Source: an uncultured Alphaproteobacteria bacterium (GTDB lineage: Bacteria; Pseudomonadota; Alphaproteobacteria; Rhizobiales; Xanthobacteraceae). Taken from it: DNA of 64,000 nt. The DNA lies in assembly GCA_963810085.1 (NCBI GenBank), contig CAWEMR010000005.1, positions 378,648-442,647 of the forward strand, in the 5' to 3' direction. Below, one piece after another: positions 28,303 through 37,243 of this stretch; positions within the stretch are counted from its first letter, which is position 1; each line of letters begins with the position of its first letter. The position numbers and the translations under genes were made by a program. The notes beneath the pieces were generated by a model. The model was not told the DNA's origin and did no database searches. It worked only from the letters and a program-made list of their open reading frames with translations.

Positions 28303-29295
28303 GTGTCCCCAAAAGGAAGTTTGGCCGCGGGCGGCGCCGTCCTCGCACGCCCGATGATCGGGCGCGCCGACGCCAAGAGCGTGCTGATCGCGGAGCCGGT
28401 ACCACGGCATGGGCTATCTGCCGCTTTATGTCGGCATGGCGAACGACTTGTTCGACGATGTCGCACGGTCAACCTGGTGACGATCGAGACCGGCGGCGGC
28501 CACACCAATGCGGTGCTCTCGGGCCAGGCCTTCGCTTTTATCGGCGGGCCGGAACACGACGCCTATGCCAAGGCCAAAGGCGCCGAATTGCGCTCGGTGG
28601 TGAACTGCGTCGATCGCGGCAACGTCTATTTCTGCGCCGCCAAGGGCATCGGAGCCGACCAACACCGATTGGGCGAGCTACTTCAAAGGCAAGTCGATCG
28701 CCTGCGGGCCATATCGGCGGCACACCGAATTCGATCACGCGCTATCTCCTCAACAAGTGGAAGCTCGATGCCAAGACCGACGTGACGCTCGTCGAGACGA
28801 CCAATTCAGGGATCTATGCCGGCCGTGAAAAAGCGGCCAGGCGCAGATCGGCGATCCGACGGAGCCTTTCATCACTCAAGGCATCCGCAACGAGTGTCTG
28901 GGGCGAGCCGTTCTACAGCATTCCGAAGGAGCTCGGCCCCTACGCCTATTCGACCTTCAATGTGCGGCTCGACTCGATCCAGAAGGAGCCCGACCTCGTG
29001 CGCGGCTTCGTCCGCGGCATGATGAAGGCGCTGAAATTCGTCTACGAGAACAAGGACGAGACGGCCGAGATCGCCAAGAAGCAATTCCCGACGATGTCGC
29101 TCGACGATCTCAAGGCAACGCTCGACCGCTCGTTCGGCGATAATCTGTGGAGCAAGGACGGCATGATCAGCCGCGCTTCGTGGGACACCGCCAAGGCTGT
29201 GGTCATGGGCGCGGGCCTCTTGAAGATCGATGTCGGCTATGACGACATCATCGACATGAGCTTCGTCGAACAGCGATCCGTGCCTAACTCTGTAA
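28303..29295 (+). pseudogene. NMT1/THI5-like (NitT/TauT-type) ABC substrate-binding protein, decayed by at least five frameshifts
   Basis: Homologous segments are spread over all three plus frames: IAEPV / HGMGYLPLYVGMANDLFDDV / NLVTIETGGGHTNAVLSGQAFAFIGGPEHDAYAKAKGAEL...AAKGIGAD / TDWASYFKGKSIACGPY / GGTPNSITRYLLNKWKLDAKTDVTLVETTNSGIYA / AVKSGQAQIGDPTEPFITQGIRNE / EPFYSIPKELGPYAYSTFNV...DDIIDMSFVEQ. Confidence 0.7.
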
Positions 29296-29334
29296 TCCTG
29301 GAAGTTTTGGAATTCAGTAAAAGGAAGATTCTCC

Positions 29335-30078
29335 ATGTCGGAACCCATCTGGAACCAGTTTCTCACCGAGCGCGACAAGGCCGTGTTCGACATATCGGGC
29401 TATGGCGCCCGCGGCGGCTTCGGCAAGCGCCCGGCCCTCCTCGTCATCGACGTCAACTGGGCGTTCTGCGGCGACCGGCCGGAGCCGATCCTGGAATCGA
29501 TCAAGCGCTGGCGCAATTCCTGTGGCGAGGACGCCTGGACGGCGCTGCCCTATATCCGCTCGCTGATCGACAAGTGCCGCGGCAAGGGCGTGCCGGTTCT
29601 CTACACCACCGGCGTGCGGCGCGAGGACAATTGGGATTCCGGCTCATGGCTGTGGAAGAATGCGCGCGGCAACGAGGACCGGCAGACGATCGTCACCAAT
29701 CTCGACGGCAATGAGATCGTCACCCCGATCGCGCCCGGCCCGAAGGACATCGTGGTGCTCAAACAAAAGCCCTCGGGGTTTTTCGGCACCAATATGGCGA
29801 GCTATCTAACGCTGCTCGGCTGCGACAGCGTCATTGTCACCGGTACGACGACTTCGGGCTGCGTGCGCGCCACCGTGCTCGATGCGTTTAGTCTCAATTA
29901 CCGCATCGCGCTTGCCGAGGAGGGCTGCTTCGACCGTTCGCAGGCGAGCCACGCCATCAATCTTTGCGACATGAATGCGAAATATGCCGACGTGGTGAAG
30001 ACGTCCGAAGTGCTCGCGTTCCTCGATACGCTGCCGGAAGGCATGTACGACCTGCCGAAAGGCAATGCCGCGGCCTAG
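29335..30078 (+). CDS. isochorismatase-family cysteine hydrolase
   Basis: 247 aa with PALLVIDVNWAF, KPSGFFGT and the catalytic-type TGTTTSGCVRATV. AAGGAAG RBS. Confidence 0.8.
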   Translation: MSEPIWNQFLTERDKAVFDISGYGARGGFGKRPALLVIDVNWAFCGDRPEPILESIKRWRNSCGEDAWTALPYIRSLIDKCRGKGVPVLYTTGVRREDNWDSGSWLWKNARGNEDRQTIVTNLDGNEIVTPIAPGPKDIVVLKQKPSGFFGTNMASYLTLLGCDSVIVTGTTTSGCVRATVLDAFSLNYRIALAEEGCFDRSQASHAINLCDMNAKYADVVKTSEVLAFLDTLPEGMYDLPKGNAAA

Positions 30079-31337
30079 CGGCTCAACGCCGGCTTTTCGT
30101 CGCCGTAAGTTGCACGCAGCACATCGGCAAAGCTCAAACCTTGCACGACGATGGTGAAGACGACAACGGCATAGGTGACGACCAGGAGATCCGAGCGCCA
30201 AGGCGAGACGGGCAGCGTCAAAGCGAGCGCGATCGAAATGCCGCCGCGTAAGCCGGCCCAGGTCAGGACCGTGGCAGCACGCGCTTTTTCGCGAATGCTT
30301 TCGCGCATGAATGCGATCGGGACCACGACGCTGACAAAGCGCGACGCAATCGCAAGCGGCACGGCAAACACGACCGGCAACAGCGTGCCCGGCGTGATGG
30401 TGAGACCGAGGATATGTAGCCCCATGAACAAGAACAGCATGGTGTTCAAAAGCTGATTAAGCGGCGACCAGAAGCCGAGCAAGTTCGCGCGCATATCGGG
30501 ATTTGTCCCGAAGCCGTGCGACGGCGATCCGACGCAAAGCCCGGCGGCGACCACGGCGATCGGCCCTGATACGTCGAACACCAGCGCGATGCGGTAGCTG
30601 CCGAGCACCAGCGCGAGCGATATCAGAAGCTGCAGCCCCTGGTCGTGAACGGAGCGTAACAGCCGCGCCGCAAGCAGACCCGCGGCAAGGCCGACGAGAG
30701 CGCCGCCGACGATCTCGCGGAGCAAGGCGAGCAGCACCTGGCCGTGCCCGAAATGAATGACATCGCCCTGCGTGACGCCGAGCGCCAACAGGAACAGCAC
30801 GACACCGGCGCCGTCATTGAACAGGCTCTCGCCGACGATCGCGGCGCGCAAGCTCGCCGGCAGCCTGACTTTGCGCAGCAGATTTTCGACGACGACCGCG
30901 TCGGTGGGCGCCAGGATCGCGCCGAGAAGCACGCACCACACCAATGGAATGGTCACGCCGATCAGGCCGAAGGCGAGCCACATGCCGGCGCCGAAGATCA
31001 TCGTCGAGATGATCACGCTCGCCGTGGCCAAGATCAGGATCAGCCATTTCCGCCGGTTCAGCTCGGCAAGATCGACATGCAGACTGCCGGCGAACAACAG
31101 AAAGGCCAAAACGCCGTCGAGGAAGAAGTGCGGCAGATCGGCCTCGCCCAGCGTCTCGCGAAACCACCCCATCACATGCAGGTGCAGCACGTGATCGCTG
31201 GCGACGATCAGCAACGACACGGCCAGCGCGCCGAGCAGCATGCCGATCGCCGGCGGCAGCTTGACCCAGACGTGATTGACGCAGCCGATCAGCACCGCAA
31301 GGCCGAGCACCACGGCAAACTGATCGATTGGTTCCAT
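30075..31337 (-). CDS. Na+/H+ (cation:proton) antiporter, CPA1-type
   Basis: The start was taken at M18 of ORF 30075..31388. Polytopic membrane protein with LGAILAPTDAVVV and GESLFNDGAGVVLF motifs. Confidence 0.8.
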   Translation of the reverse strand: MEPIDQFAVVLGLAVLIGCVNHVWVKLPPAIGMLLGALAVSLLIVASDHVLHLHVMGWFRETLGEADLPHFFLDGVLAFLLFAGSLHVDLAELNRRKWLILILATASVIISTMIFGAGMWLAFGLIGVTIPLVWCVLLGAILAPTDAVVVENLLRKVRLPASLRAAIVGESLFNDGAGVVLFLLALGVTQGDVIHFGHGQVLLALLREIVGGALVGLAAGLLAARLLRSVHDQGLQLLISLALVLGSYRIALVFDVSGPIAVVAAGLCVGSPSHGFGTNPDMRANLLGFWSPLNQLLNTMLFLFMGLHILGLTITPGTLLPVVFAVPLAIASRFVSVVVPIAFMRESIREKARAATVLTWAGLRGGISIALALTLPVSPWRSDLLVVTYAVVVFTIVVQGLSFADVLRATYGDEKPALSR

Positions 31338-31480
31338 CCGACGCCGCCCGCCCGAAAATAATAAAGGCCGCAGAAGCCGCATTGCCACGGCTGGCGCGCC
31401 CCTCTCAGCAAAGTTCCGGACGGCTTTCTGGCAGCTTTTGCGCGGGCGCGAAAGCGCCCGATGGCGCGGTTTGGGCGGCG

Positions 31481-31642
31481 CTATTTCAGCGCTGTCGAGA
31501 TCGACGAGAACGTGGTCTTGAGCTTGGTGCCGAGACCCGTAATGACGGGGATGATCGCTACCGCGATACCGGTCGCGATGAGCCCGTATTCGATCGCTGT
31601 TGCCGCGCTTTCGTCTTTGAGAAACCGTTTGATTAGATGCAT
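31481..31642 (-). CDS. flp: Flp/Fap-family type IVb pilin (53 aa)
   Basis: Hand translation gives MHLIKRFLKDESAATAIEYGLIATGIAVAIIPVITGLGTKLKTTFSSISTALK. GAGGAG lies 7 nt upstream. It is below the ORF-track size cut-off. A GGGCGC-GAAA-GCGCCC hairpin (31444-31459) follows the stop, without a U-tract. Confidence 0.8.
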   Translation of the reverse strand: MHLIKRFLKDESAATAIEYGLIATGIAVAIIPVITGLGTKLKTTFSSISTALK

Positions 31643-31917
31643 AGCGAACTCCTCAGAAACGCGATCCCGTCAGCGCCTGCCGCGGCGGCATCCTGATTTC
31701 GGGAAAGTTCCTTGTTCGAGCAAAGCGCTGCGGCCCGGTCACCCGCGCTCGCTGAATACTGCCGGATAATTAGATTTGAGGCGTTATTAGAAGCTTAAAA
31801 GCAATCGATAAACCCTGAGCGTGGGCGGTTTTGTCGCTGCTAAGCAAAGCTTTACCGTCTTAAGACACATTCGGTTGGGCTTCATTCACCCCCGTGCGTG
31901 CGGAGATTGAGGGTTCG

Positions 31918-32115
31918 ATGAAATTACATGCGCCGAATATTGCGCTGTTCGTTGTTGCCGGCTGTCTGGCGATGATCGGCGTACTCGCCTCGCTGCCGAT
32001 CTCCTTGCCAATCCCGGGCCTGACCGCGAATCCGGCCTGGTACATCTTCCTCGCCTGGTTCCTGCTCGCTGCCGGCAGCGTGGTCGGTCCGCGCTCCGAG
32101 GCGGACGAGAAGTAG
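31918..32115 (+). CDS. small two-TM membrane protein (hypothetical, 65 aa)
   Basis: The internal ATG of ORF 31894..32115 has GAGGG 5 nt upstream. Two hydrophobic helices. GC3 is high after the first codons. Confidence 0.5.
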   Translation: MKLHAPNIALFVVAGCLAMIGVLASLPISLPIPGLTANPAWYIFLAWFLLAAGSVVGPRSEADEK

Positions 32116-32154
32116 CGAACAGCGTTCACGCGTCATGCTCGGGCTTTGAAAAGA

Positions 32155-33015
32155 TCACCGCCCGACAACCTGCCGCGTCTTGTCGAGATGGCCGTAGCTC
32201 TGCACCGGCGCGCACATCAGGAAGCGGTAGCCTTCGCTGACCACGCGTTCGACATTGTGCGTCTCGACATGCGGATGGCCGACCACGACATTGTGCTTCT
32301 TGCAGGTGTCGACGATGCGCTTCATCCATTCGAGCACGACCTTGTGCTCGTATTGCCGCGGATAGCCGAGCTCCTGCGACAGGTCGCCCTCGCCGATCAG
32401 GATGCAGCCGATGCCGGGCACGTTCTTGAGCATGTCGTCGAGGTTCTCGACGCCGCGAGTATCTTCGATCTGCAGGATGGCGAAGATCTCGCCTTGCGGA
32501 TTGAGCGGCCAGACGTCGGCCTTCTGGTAATAGTCCTGCTGGCCGAGGCCCCAATAGCGCGCCGCCGTGGTCGGGCCGTCGCCGCGAATGCCGGGCGGAT
32601 TAGAGTGCGCGGCGCTCTTCAAGCGCGGATAGCGGCAGGCGCCGACCGCATTGGCGGCTTCCTCGACCGTCGAAATATGGGGAAACACCACGCCGTAGCA
32701 GCCCATATCGAGCGCCTGCTTGGCGTGCCATTGCGCCATCTCGACGCCGTTGACGGGAACGCGGACGAGCGGCGTCACACCCGGCACCACCGAGGCGGCC
32801 TTGGCGATCTGGGCACGGTTGAGCATGTATTGAAGGCAATCGCGCAATAGGCGGCCGTCCCACGGCTGATGCTCCATCTCGAATACGCAGCCGTCGTATT
32901 TCGACGTGGCCATCGTCACCGCGCTAGAGGTCTCGGCCGGCGTGAAAGAGGTCAGTGCATGCTGGCCTGCTTCCAGCGCGCGAATGATGCCATTGAGCCG
33001 CGGAAGTTCAGCCAT
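32155..33015 (-). CDS. HpcH/HpaI-family aldolase
   Basis: The start was taken at M41 of ORF 32155..33135, with ATAGGAGGCACGAAA upstream. VFEMEHQPWD, VRVPVN, LQIEDTRGVENLDDML and IGEGDLSQELG are typical of HpcH/HpaI aldolases. Confidence 0.8.
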   Translation of the reverse strand: MAELPRLNGIIRALEAGQHALTSFTPAETSSAVTMATSKYDGCVFEMEHQPWDGRLLRDCLQYMLNRAQIAKAASVVPGVTPLVRVPVNGVEMAQWHAKQALDMGCYGVVFPHISTVEEAANAVGACRYPRLKSAAHSNPPGIRGDGPTTAARYWGLGQQDYYQKADVWPLNPQGEIFAILQIEDTRGVENLDDMLKNVPGIGCILIGEGDLSQELGYPRQYEHKVVLEWMKRIVDTCKKHNVVVGHPHVETHNVERVVSEGYRFLMCAPVQSYGHLDKTRQVVGR

Positions 33016-33127
33016 TTTCGTGCCTCCTATGCGATAGTGGCCCTCCTTATAGATGGTTGTCACCGTTTGACAATCGCGCCGCGGGCCGTAGCATCGCGCG
33101 TCCTCAAACCTATAAAGCAGCGTAGTC

Positions 33128-34147
33128 ATGATCATCGATTGCCACGGCCACTACACCACCGAGCCCAAGGACCTGCACCGTTTCCGTAAAGAACAGACCG
33201 CCGCGGCCAACGCCAAGGACAAGGCGGCGATGCCGTCGCGCGCGGCGCTGAAAATGTCCGACGACGAGATCCGCGAAAGCATCGAGCAGAACCAGCTCAA
33301 ATTGCAGCGCGAGCGCGGCACCGACGTGACCATCTTCTCGCCGCGCGCCTCGGGCATGGGCCACCATATCGGCAACGAGAGCGTGAGCCTGGAATGGTCG
33401 CAGATCTGCAACGATCTGATCGCGCGCGTGGTCTCGCTTTATCCGAAGAACTTCATTGGCGTGTGCCAATTGCCGCAATCGCCGGGCGTCGATCCGGCGC
33501 ACTCCGCCGCCGAGATCGAACGCTGCGTCAAGATGGGTTTCGTCGGCTGCAACCTCAATCCGGATCCCTCCGGCGGCTATTTCAATTCGCCGCCGATGAC
33601 CGACAAGTCGTGGTTTCCGCTCTACGAGAAAATGATTGAGCTCGACGTGCCGTGCATGATTCACGTTTCCGGCTGCTGCAATCCGGCGATGCACACCACC
33701 GGCTCGTATTACCTCAATGCCGACACCATGGTGTTCATGCAGGTTCTGTTGTCCGACCTGTTTAAGACATTCCCCAAGCTGAAATTCATCATTCCGCACG
33801 GCGGCGGCGCGGTGCCGTTCCATTGGGGCCGCTTCCGCGGCATTGCCCTCAACAACGGCAAGCCCGAGCTCGCCGAAATCATGGGCGACAACATCTTCTT
33901 CGACACCTGCGTCTATCACCAGCCGGGCATCGACCTGCTCACCAAAGTGGTGCCGATCGACAACATTTTGTTCGCATCGGAAATGGTCGGCGCGGTGAAG
34001 GGCAACGATCCCAAGACCGGCTTTGGCTTCGACGACACCAAGCGCTATGTCGACAAGGCGCCGATCAGCGACTCCGACAAGAAGAAGATTTTCGAGGGCA
34101 ATGCGTGCAAGGTCTACAGCCGGCTCGCGGCCAAACTGCCGGCATAG
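33128..34147 (+). CDS. amidohydrolase-2 family protein, LigJ (4-oxalomesaconate hydratase)-like
   Basis: 339 aa with MIIDCHGHYT..., GFVGCNLNPDP, WFPLYEKMIELDVPCMIHV, IIPHGGGAVP and FDTCVYH. It closely resembles LigJ as I remember it. Confidence 0.65.
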   Translation: MIIDCHGHYTTEPKDLHRFRKEQTAAANAKDKAAMPSRAALKMSDDEIRESIEQNQLKLQRERGTDVTIFSPRASGMGHHIGNESVSLEWSQICNDLIARVVSLYPKNFIGVCQLPQSPGVDPAHSAAEIERCVKMGFVGCNLNPDPSGGYFNSPPMTDKSWFPLYEKMIELDVPCMIHVSGCCNPAMHTTGSYYLNADTMVFMQVLLSDLFKTFPKLKFIIPHGGGAVPFHWGRFRGIALNNGKPELAEIMGDNIFFDTCVYHQPGIDLLTKVVPIDNILFASEMVGAVKGNDPKTGFGFDDTKRYVDKAPISDSDKKKIFEGNACKVYSRLAAKLPA

Positions 34148-34173
34148 GGTTACGCGGAAGGGACAAATCGGCG

Positions 34174-35139
34174 TTGGCGAACAATCCGAAACTCGTTGCC
34201 CCGGGAGGGCAGAGTAAATCGCGCGTCGTCCGCATCGGCGCGCGCGAGATCGAGACCCGGGGCCTCGCCACCGGATTTTGGACCGATCTCTATCACCGCG
34301 CGCTGACCGTCTATTGGCCGGTCTTCTTCGCCACCGCAGCCGCTATTTTCATCGCGCTCAACGCCGTCTTCGCCTGCCTGTTCTGGCTGGGCAAGGACCC
34401 GATCGCCAATGTGTCGCCCGATCTGCCGCTGGCGATGAGCCTGTTCTATTTCTCGATCGAAACGCTGGCCACCGTCGGCTACGGCGACATGCATCCGCAG
34501 AGCGATTACGGCCACCTCGTCGCCACGGTCGAGATCTTCACCGGCATGAGCTTTCTCGCGGTGATGACCGGCTTGATCTTCGCCCGCTTCTCGCGGCCGC
34601 GCGCCCGCTTCCTGTTCGCCGAAAATCCGGTCGTCACCCTGCAGCAGGGCCGGCCGACGCTGATGATCCGCGTCGCCAATGCCCGCACCAACACGATCTC
34701 ACAGGCAACCGCACGGCTCTGGCTGTTCCGGCTGGAGAACATGCATGAAGGCCATCAGCTCCGCCGTTATTACGAACTGAAACTCGATCGCCGCGAACAT
34801 CCGATGTTCTCGCTGAGCTGGACGTTGTTTCACGTCATCGATGAGACGAGCCACCTCTACGGGCTGACGCCGGACGATCTCGCCGCGATGGACGCCGCGT
34901 TTGCGCTGAACCTCAGCGGCGTCGACGACAATTCGGCCCAGCCGCTTTACGCCCGCCAGCTTTATTCGTACCACGATATCCGCTGGAATTACCGCTACCA
35001 GGACATCACCAGCCTCTCGACGGATGGCCGTCTCGTGCTCGATTACAGCCTGTTCCACGCCGTTACGCCGGAAAAATCCGCCAGCGACGAAGTTCTGCGG
35101 GACGTCAGCTTGAGCGAGGATGCGCTGAGCGAACAGTGA
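34174..35139 (+). CDS. inward-rectifier-type potassium channel (KirBac family)
   Basis: There is no in-frame ATG, so TTG 34174 with GGAAGGGA upstream was taken as the start. Slide helix plus two TM helices, the selectivity filter ETLATVGYGD, and a C-terminal Ig-like cytoplasmic domain (FARFSRPRARFLF...). Confidence 0.85.
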   Translation: MANNPKLVAPGGQSKSRVVRIGAREIETRGLATGFWTDLYHRALTVYWPVFFATAAAIFIALNAVFACLFWLGKDPIANVSPDLPLAMSLFYFSIETLATVGYGDMHPQSDYGHLVATVEIFTGMSFLAVMTGLIFARFSRPRARFLFAENPVVTLQQGRPTLMIRVANARTNTISQATARLWLFRLENMHEGHQLRRYYELKLDRREHPMFSLSWTLFHVIDETSHLYGLTPDDLAAMDAAFALNLSGVDDNSAQPLYARQLYSYHDIRWNYRYQDITSLSTDGRLVLDYSLFHAVTPEKSASDEVLRDVSLSEDALSEQ

Positions 35140-35261
35140 TTTGATTTGGCGATGGCCCCATCGAGCCGGCAAATCGCCCTCTTTGGGTTAGCGGTCGCGC
35201 CCGACCTGCGATATTCCTAGAAGAGTCGCCGGGCACCCCTCTGCGAAGTCCGCATATTTAG

Positions 35262-36254
35262 ATGATCGACAAGCTCGAATTCATTATTGCACTTGCCCGC
35301 GAGGAGCATTTCGGCCGCGCCGCCGAAGCCTGCCGCGTCAGCCAGCCGACGCTGTCGGCGGGCATCAAAAATCTGGAGGACATGTTCGGCGTGCTGTTGG
35401 TGCAGCGCGGCTCGCGCTTCCGCGGCTTCACGCCGGAAGGCGAGCGCGTCTTGGAATGGGCGCGACGCATCGTCGGCGACACCCGCGCCATGCGGGCGGA
35501 TGTCGATGCGCTCAAGCGCGGTCTGGTCGGCCATCTGCGCATTGCCGCGATCCCGACGGCGCTCGCCATGAGCGCTATGCTGACGACGCCGTACCGCGCC
35601 AAGCATCCGGAAGTGCGCTTCACCATTCTCTCGCGGACGTCGATCCAGGTGCTCAGCATGATCGAAAACCTGGAAGTTGATGCCGGCCTGACTTACCTCG
35701 ACAACGAGCCGCTCGGCCGCGTCAAGTCGGTGCCGCTTTACCAAGAAGAATACCGCTTGCTGACCTCGGGTTCCGCGCCGCTCGGCGATCGCGACCAGGT
35801 GACTTGGGCGGAGGTGGCGAAAATTCCGCTCTGCCTGCTGACGCCCGACATGCAGAACCGGCGCATCCTCGACGGGCTGTTGCGGCTCGCCGGCGGCGAG
35901 CCGGCGCCGACATTGGAATCCAATTCCGTCATCGTGCTGTTCGCCCATGTCCGCTCTGGCCGCTGGGCGACCATCATGCCGGCAAAGCTCGCCGAGACAT
36001 TGGGCCTGACAGACAATGTCCGCTCAATCCCGATCGTCGACCCGCTCGTGACGCACGCTGTCGGGCTCGTCGTGCCTGATCGCGAGCCGAATACGCCACT
36101 GATCACCGCGCTGCTCGCCGAAGCACGCCAGTTGGAGAAAATTCTCGAACAGCCTTCCGCGGCACCCGGCAGCAAAGAGATGGAGCCAGCCGGCGACAAG
36201 AGGCGTAGTCCTGCTAAGGCAAAAGGAATCCGATCGCACAACCGGGGTGAATGA
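35262..36254 (+). CDS. LysR-family transcriptional regulator
   Basis: 330 aa. N-terminal HTH (FIIALAREEHFGRAAEACRVSQPTLSAGIKNLE), a LysR substrate-binding domain and a basic C-terminal tail. Confidence 0.85.
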   Translation: MIDKLEFIIALAREEHFGRAAEACRVSQPTLSAGIKNLEDMFGVLLVQRGSRFRGFTPEGERVLEWARRIVGDTRAMRADVDALKRGLVGHLRIAAIPTALAMSAMLTTPYRAKHPEVRFTILSRTSIQVLSMIENLEVDAGLTYLDNEPLGRVKSVPLYQEEYRLLTSGSAPLGDRDQVTWAEVAKIPLCLLTPDMQNRRILDGLLRLAGGEPAPTLESNSVIVLFAHVRSGRWATIMPAKLAETLGLTDNVRSIPIVDPLVTHAVGLVVPDREPNTPLITALLAEARQLEKILEQPSAAPGSKEMEPAGDKRRSPAKAKGIRSHNRGE

Positions 36255-36380
36255 TCGCGTTGGCCTGGCGCCGACATCGATCCGACAATGCATCAGGCGT
36301 TCGAAAGCGTCTGCCGCGACTTGAGCTTCAGTTCAGGCTCATACGGCCGGTCGGCCGGGCCCTGGAGCGAAATTGCTTTA

Positions 36381-36480
36381 GATTGAATCAGTTGTCGCTC
36401 TAGCATTTTGATGGAGCATGATCTTTTCGGAAAACCGGTTTCCACTTTTCCGGATCATGCTCTAACAGCGACCGATTGAA
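36381..36480. repeat. nested palindromic intergenic repeat, copy 1 (core 36414-36462)
   Basis: The core is GAGCATGATCTTTTCGGAAAACCGGTTTCCACTTTTCCGGATCATGCTC, with 10-bp perfect outer arms and an inner GGAAAACCGGTTTCC near-palindrome. Flanking imperfect inverted repeats are TTGAATCAG...CGATTGAA. It lies between convergent LysR and NUDIX genes. Confidence 0.8.
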
Positions 36481-36491
36481 GTGCCGCGAAC

Positions 36492-37127
36492 TCAGCCAGC
36501 CCGCCGCGCCGTGCCGTGTGCGACGCGGCCGATCCAACTGCCGAGCGCCTTGACGAAGGCGGCGGGTCGCGCTTTTTCGTAATCCATCGCGATTACGTGC
36601 TCGACGGGCGCGGACGGCGCAGAGGGTGATGCCGGCGTGCTCCGCCGCCGCCGCAGCGTACCCTTGCGCGCGCCGGGTCGCGATTTCTCGTGCAAGATCT
36701 TTTTCACGTGACTGAGCGCGATCGGTCCGACATGCGTGAGGAACACTTTCTCATGCAGGCGGCTGAGCGTCTTGACCGCTTCCTTCAGCGGCACGAATTT
36801 GACGGCTTTAACGTCGTCCATCAACTCGTGGACCGGCGGCCCCATCGCGCGCATCAGCCAGAACTGCACGATCTTGACCTTGCCTTCGACCGCATAGGAC
36901 ATCGAGCCGAGGAATTCGTGCACCGTCACGTCGTGCCCGGTCTCCTCCATCACCTCGCGCTTGGCGGCGTCGCGCGGATGCTCGCGCGGCATCAGCTTGC
37001 CTTTCGGCAGCACCCAGGCCTTTTCCCGTCGCAGTCGCACAATGGCGATGCGTGGCCTGGAATTTCCGCGCAACACAATTCCGCCCGCAGCCAAAATCGG
37101 CGCGGGGCCTTTGGCCGAATCAGTCAT
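36492..37127 (-). CDS. NUDIX hydrolase
   Basis: Nudix box GKLMPREHPRDAAKREVMEETGH. The start was taken at M41 of ORF 36492..37247 because the Lys-rich upstream 40 codons have low GC3. The start is uncertain. Confidence 0.7.
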   Translation of the reverse strand: MTDSAKGPAPILAAGGIVLRGNSRPRIAIVRLRREKAWVLPKGKLMPREHPRDAAKREVMEETGHDVTVHEFLGSMSYAVEGKVKIVQFWLMRAMGPPVHELMDDVKAVKFVPLKEAVKTLSRLHEKVFLTHVGPIALSHVKKILHEKSRPGARKGTLRRRRSTPASPSAPSAPVEHVIAMDYEKARPAAFVKALGSWIGRVAHGTARRAG

Positions 37128-37243
37128 ATAAAATCTATGCCGGACCGATCCGCCAAGAGCAAGCCGGTATTCGCCCTTAGATGTGCGTAGTGTGGAAGCT
37201 TTTTTCTTTGTTGGCTTCCTCTTGCTCCGGCGCTGCTTCTTTT

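Noticed and set aside
26415-28508. 697-aa ORF on the minus strand
   Set aside because: It is antisense to the OYE/FadH-like gene, which has clear family motifs. Its sequence is Arg/Ala/Gly/His/Asp-rich with no recognisable domain, as expected for open antisense frames in high-GC DNA.
31444-31459. GGGCGC-GAAA-GCGCCC hairpin as an intrinsic terminator of flp
   Set aside because: The stem-loop is real, but on the flp (minus) strand it is followed by GCGCAAAAG rather than a U-tract. I mention it under the flp feature only.
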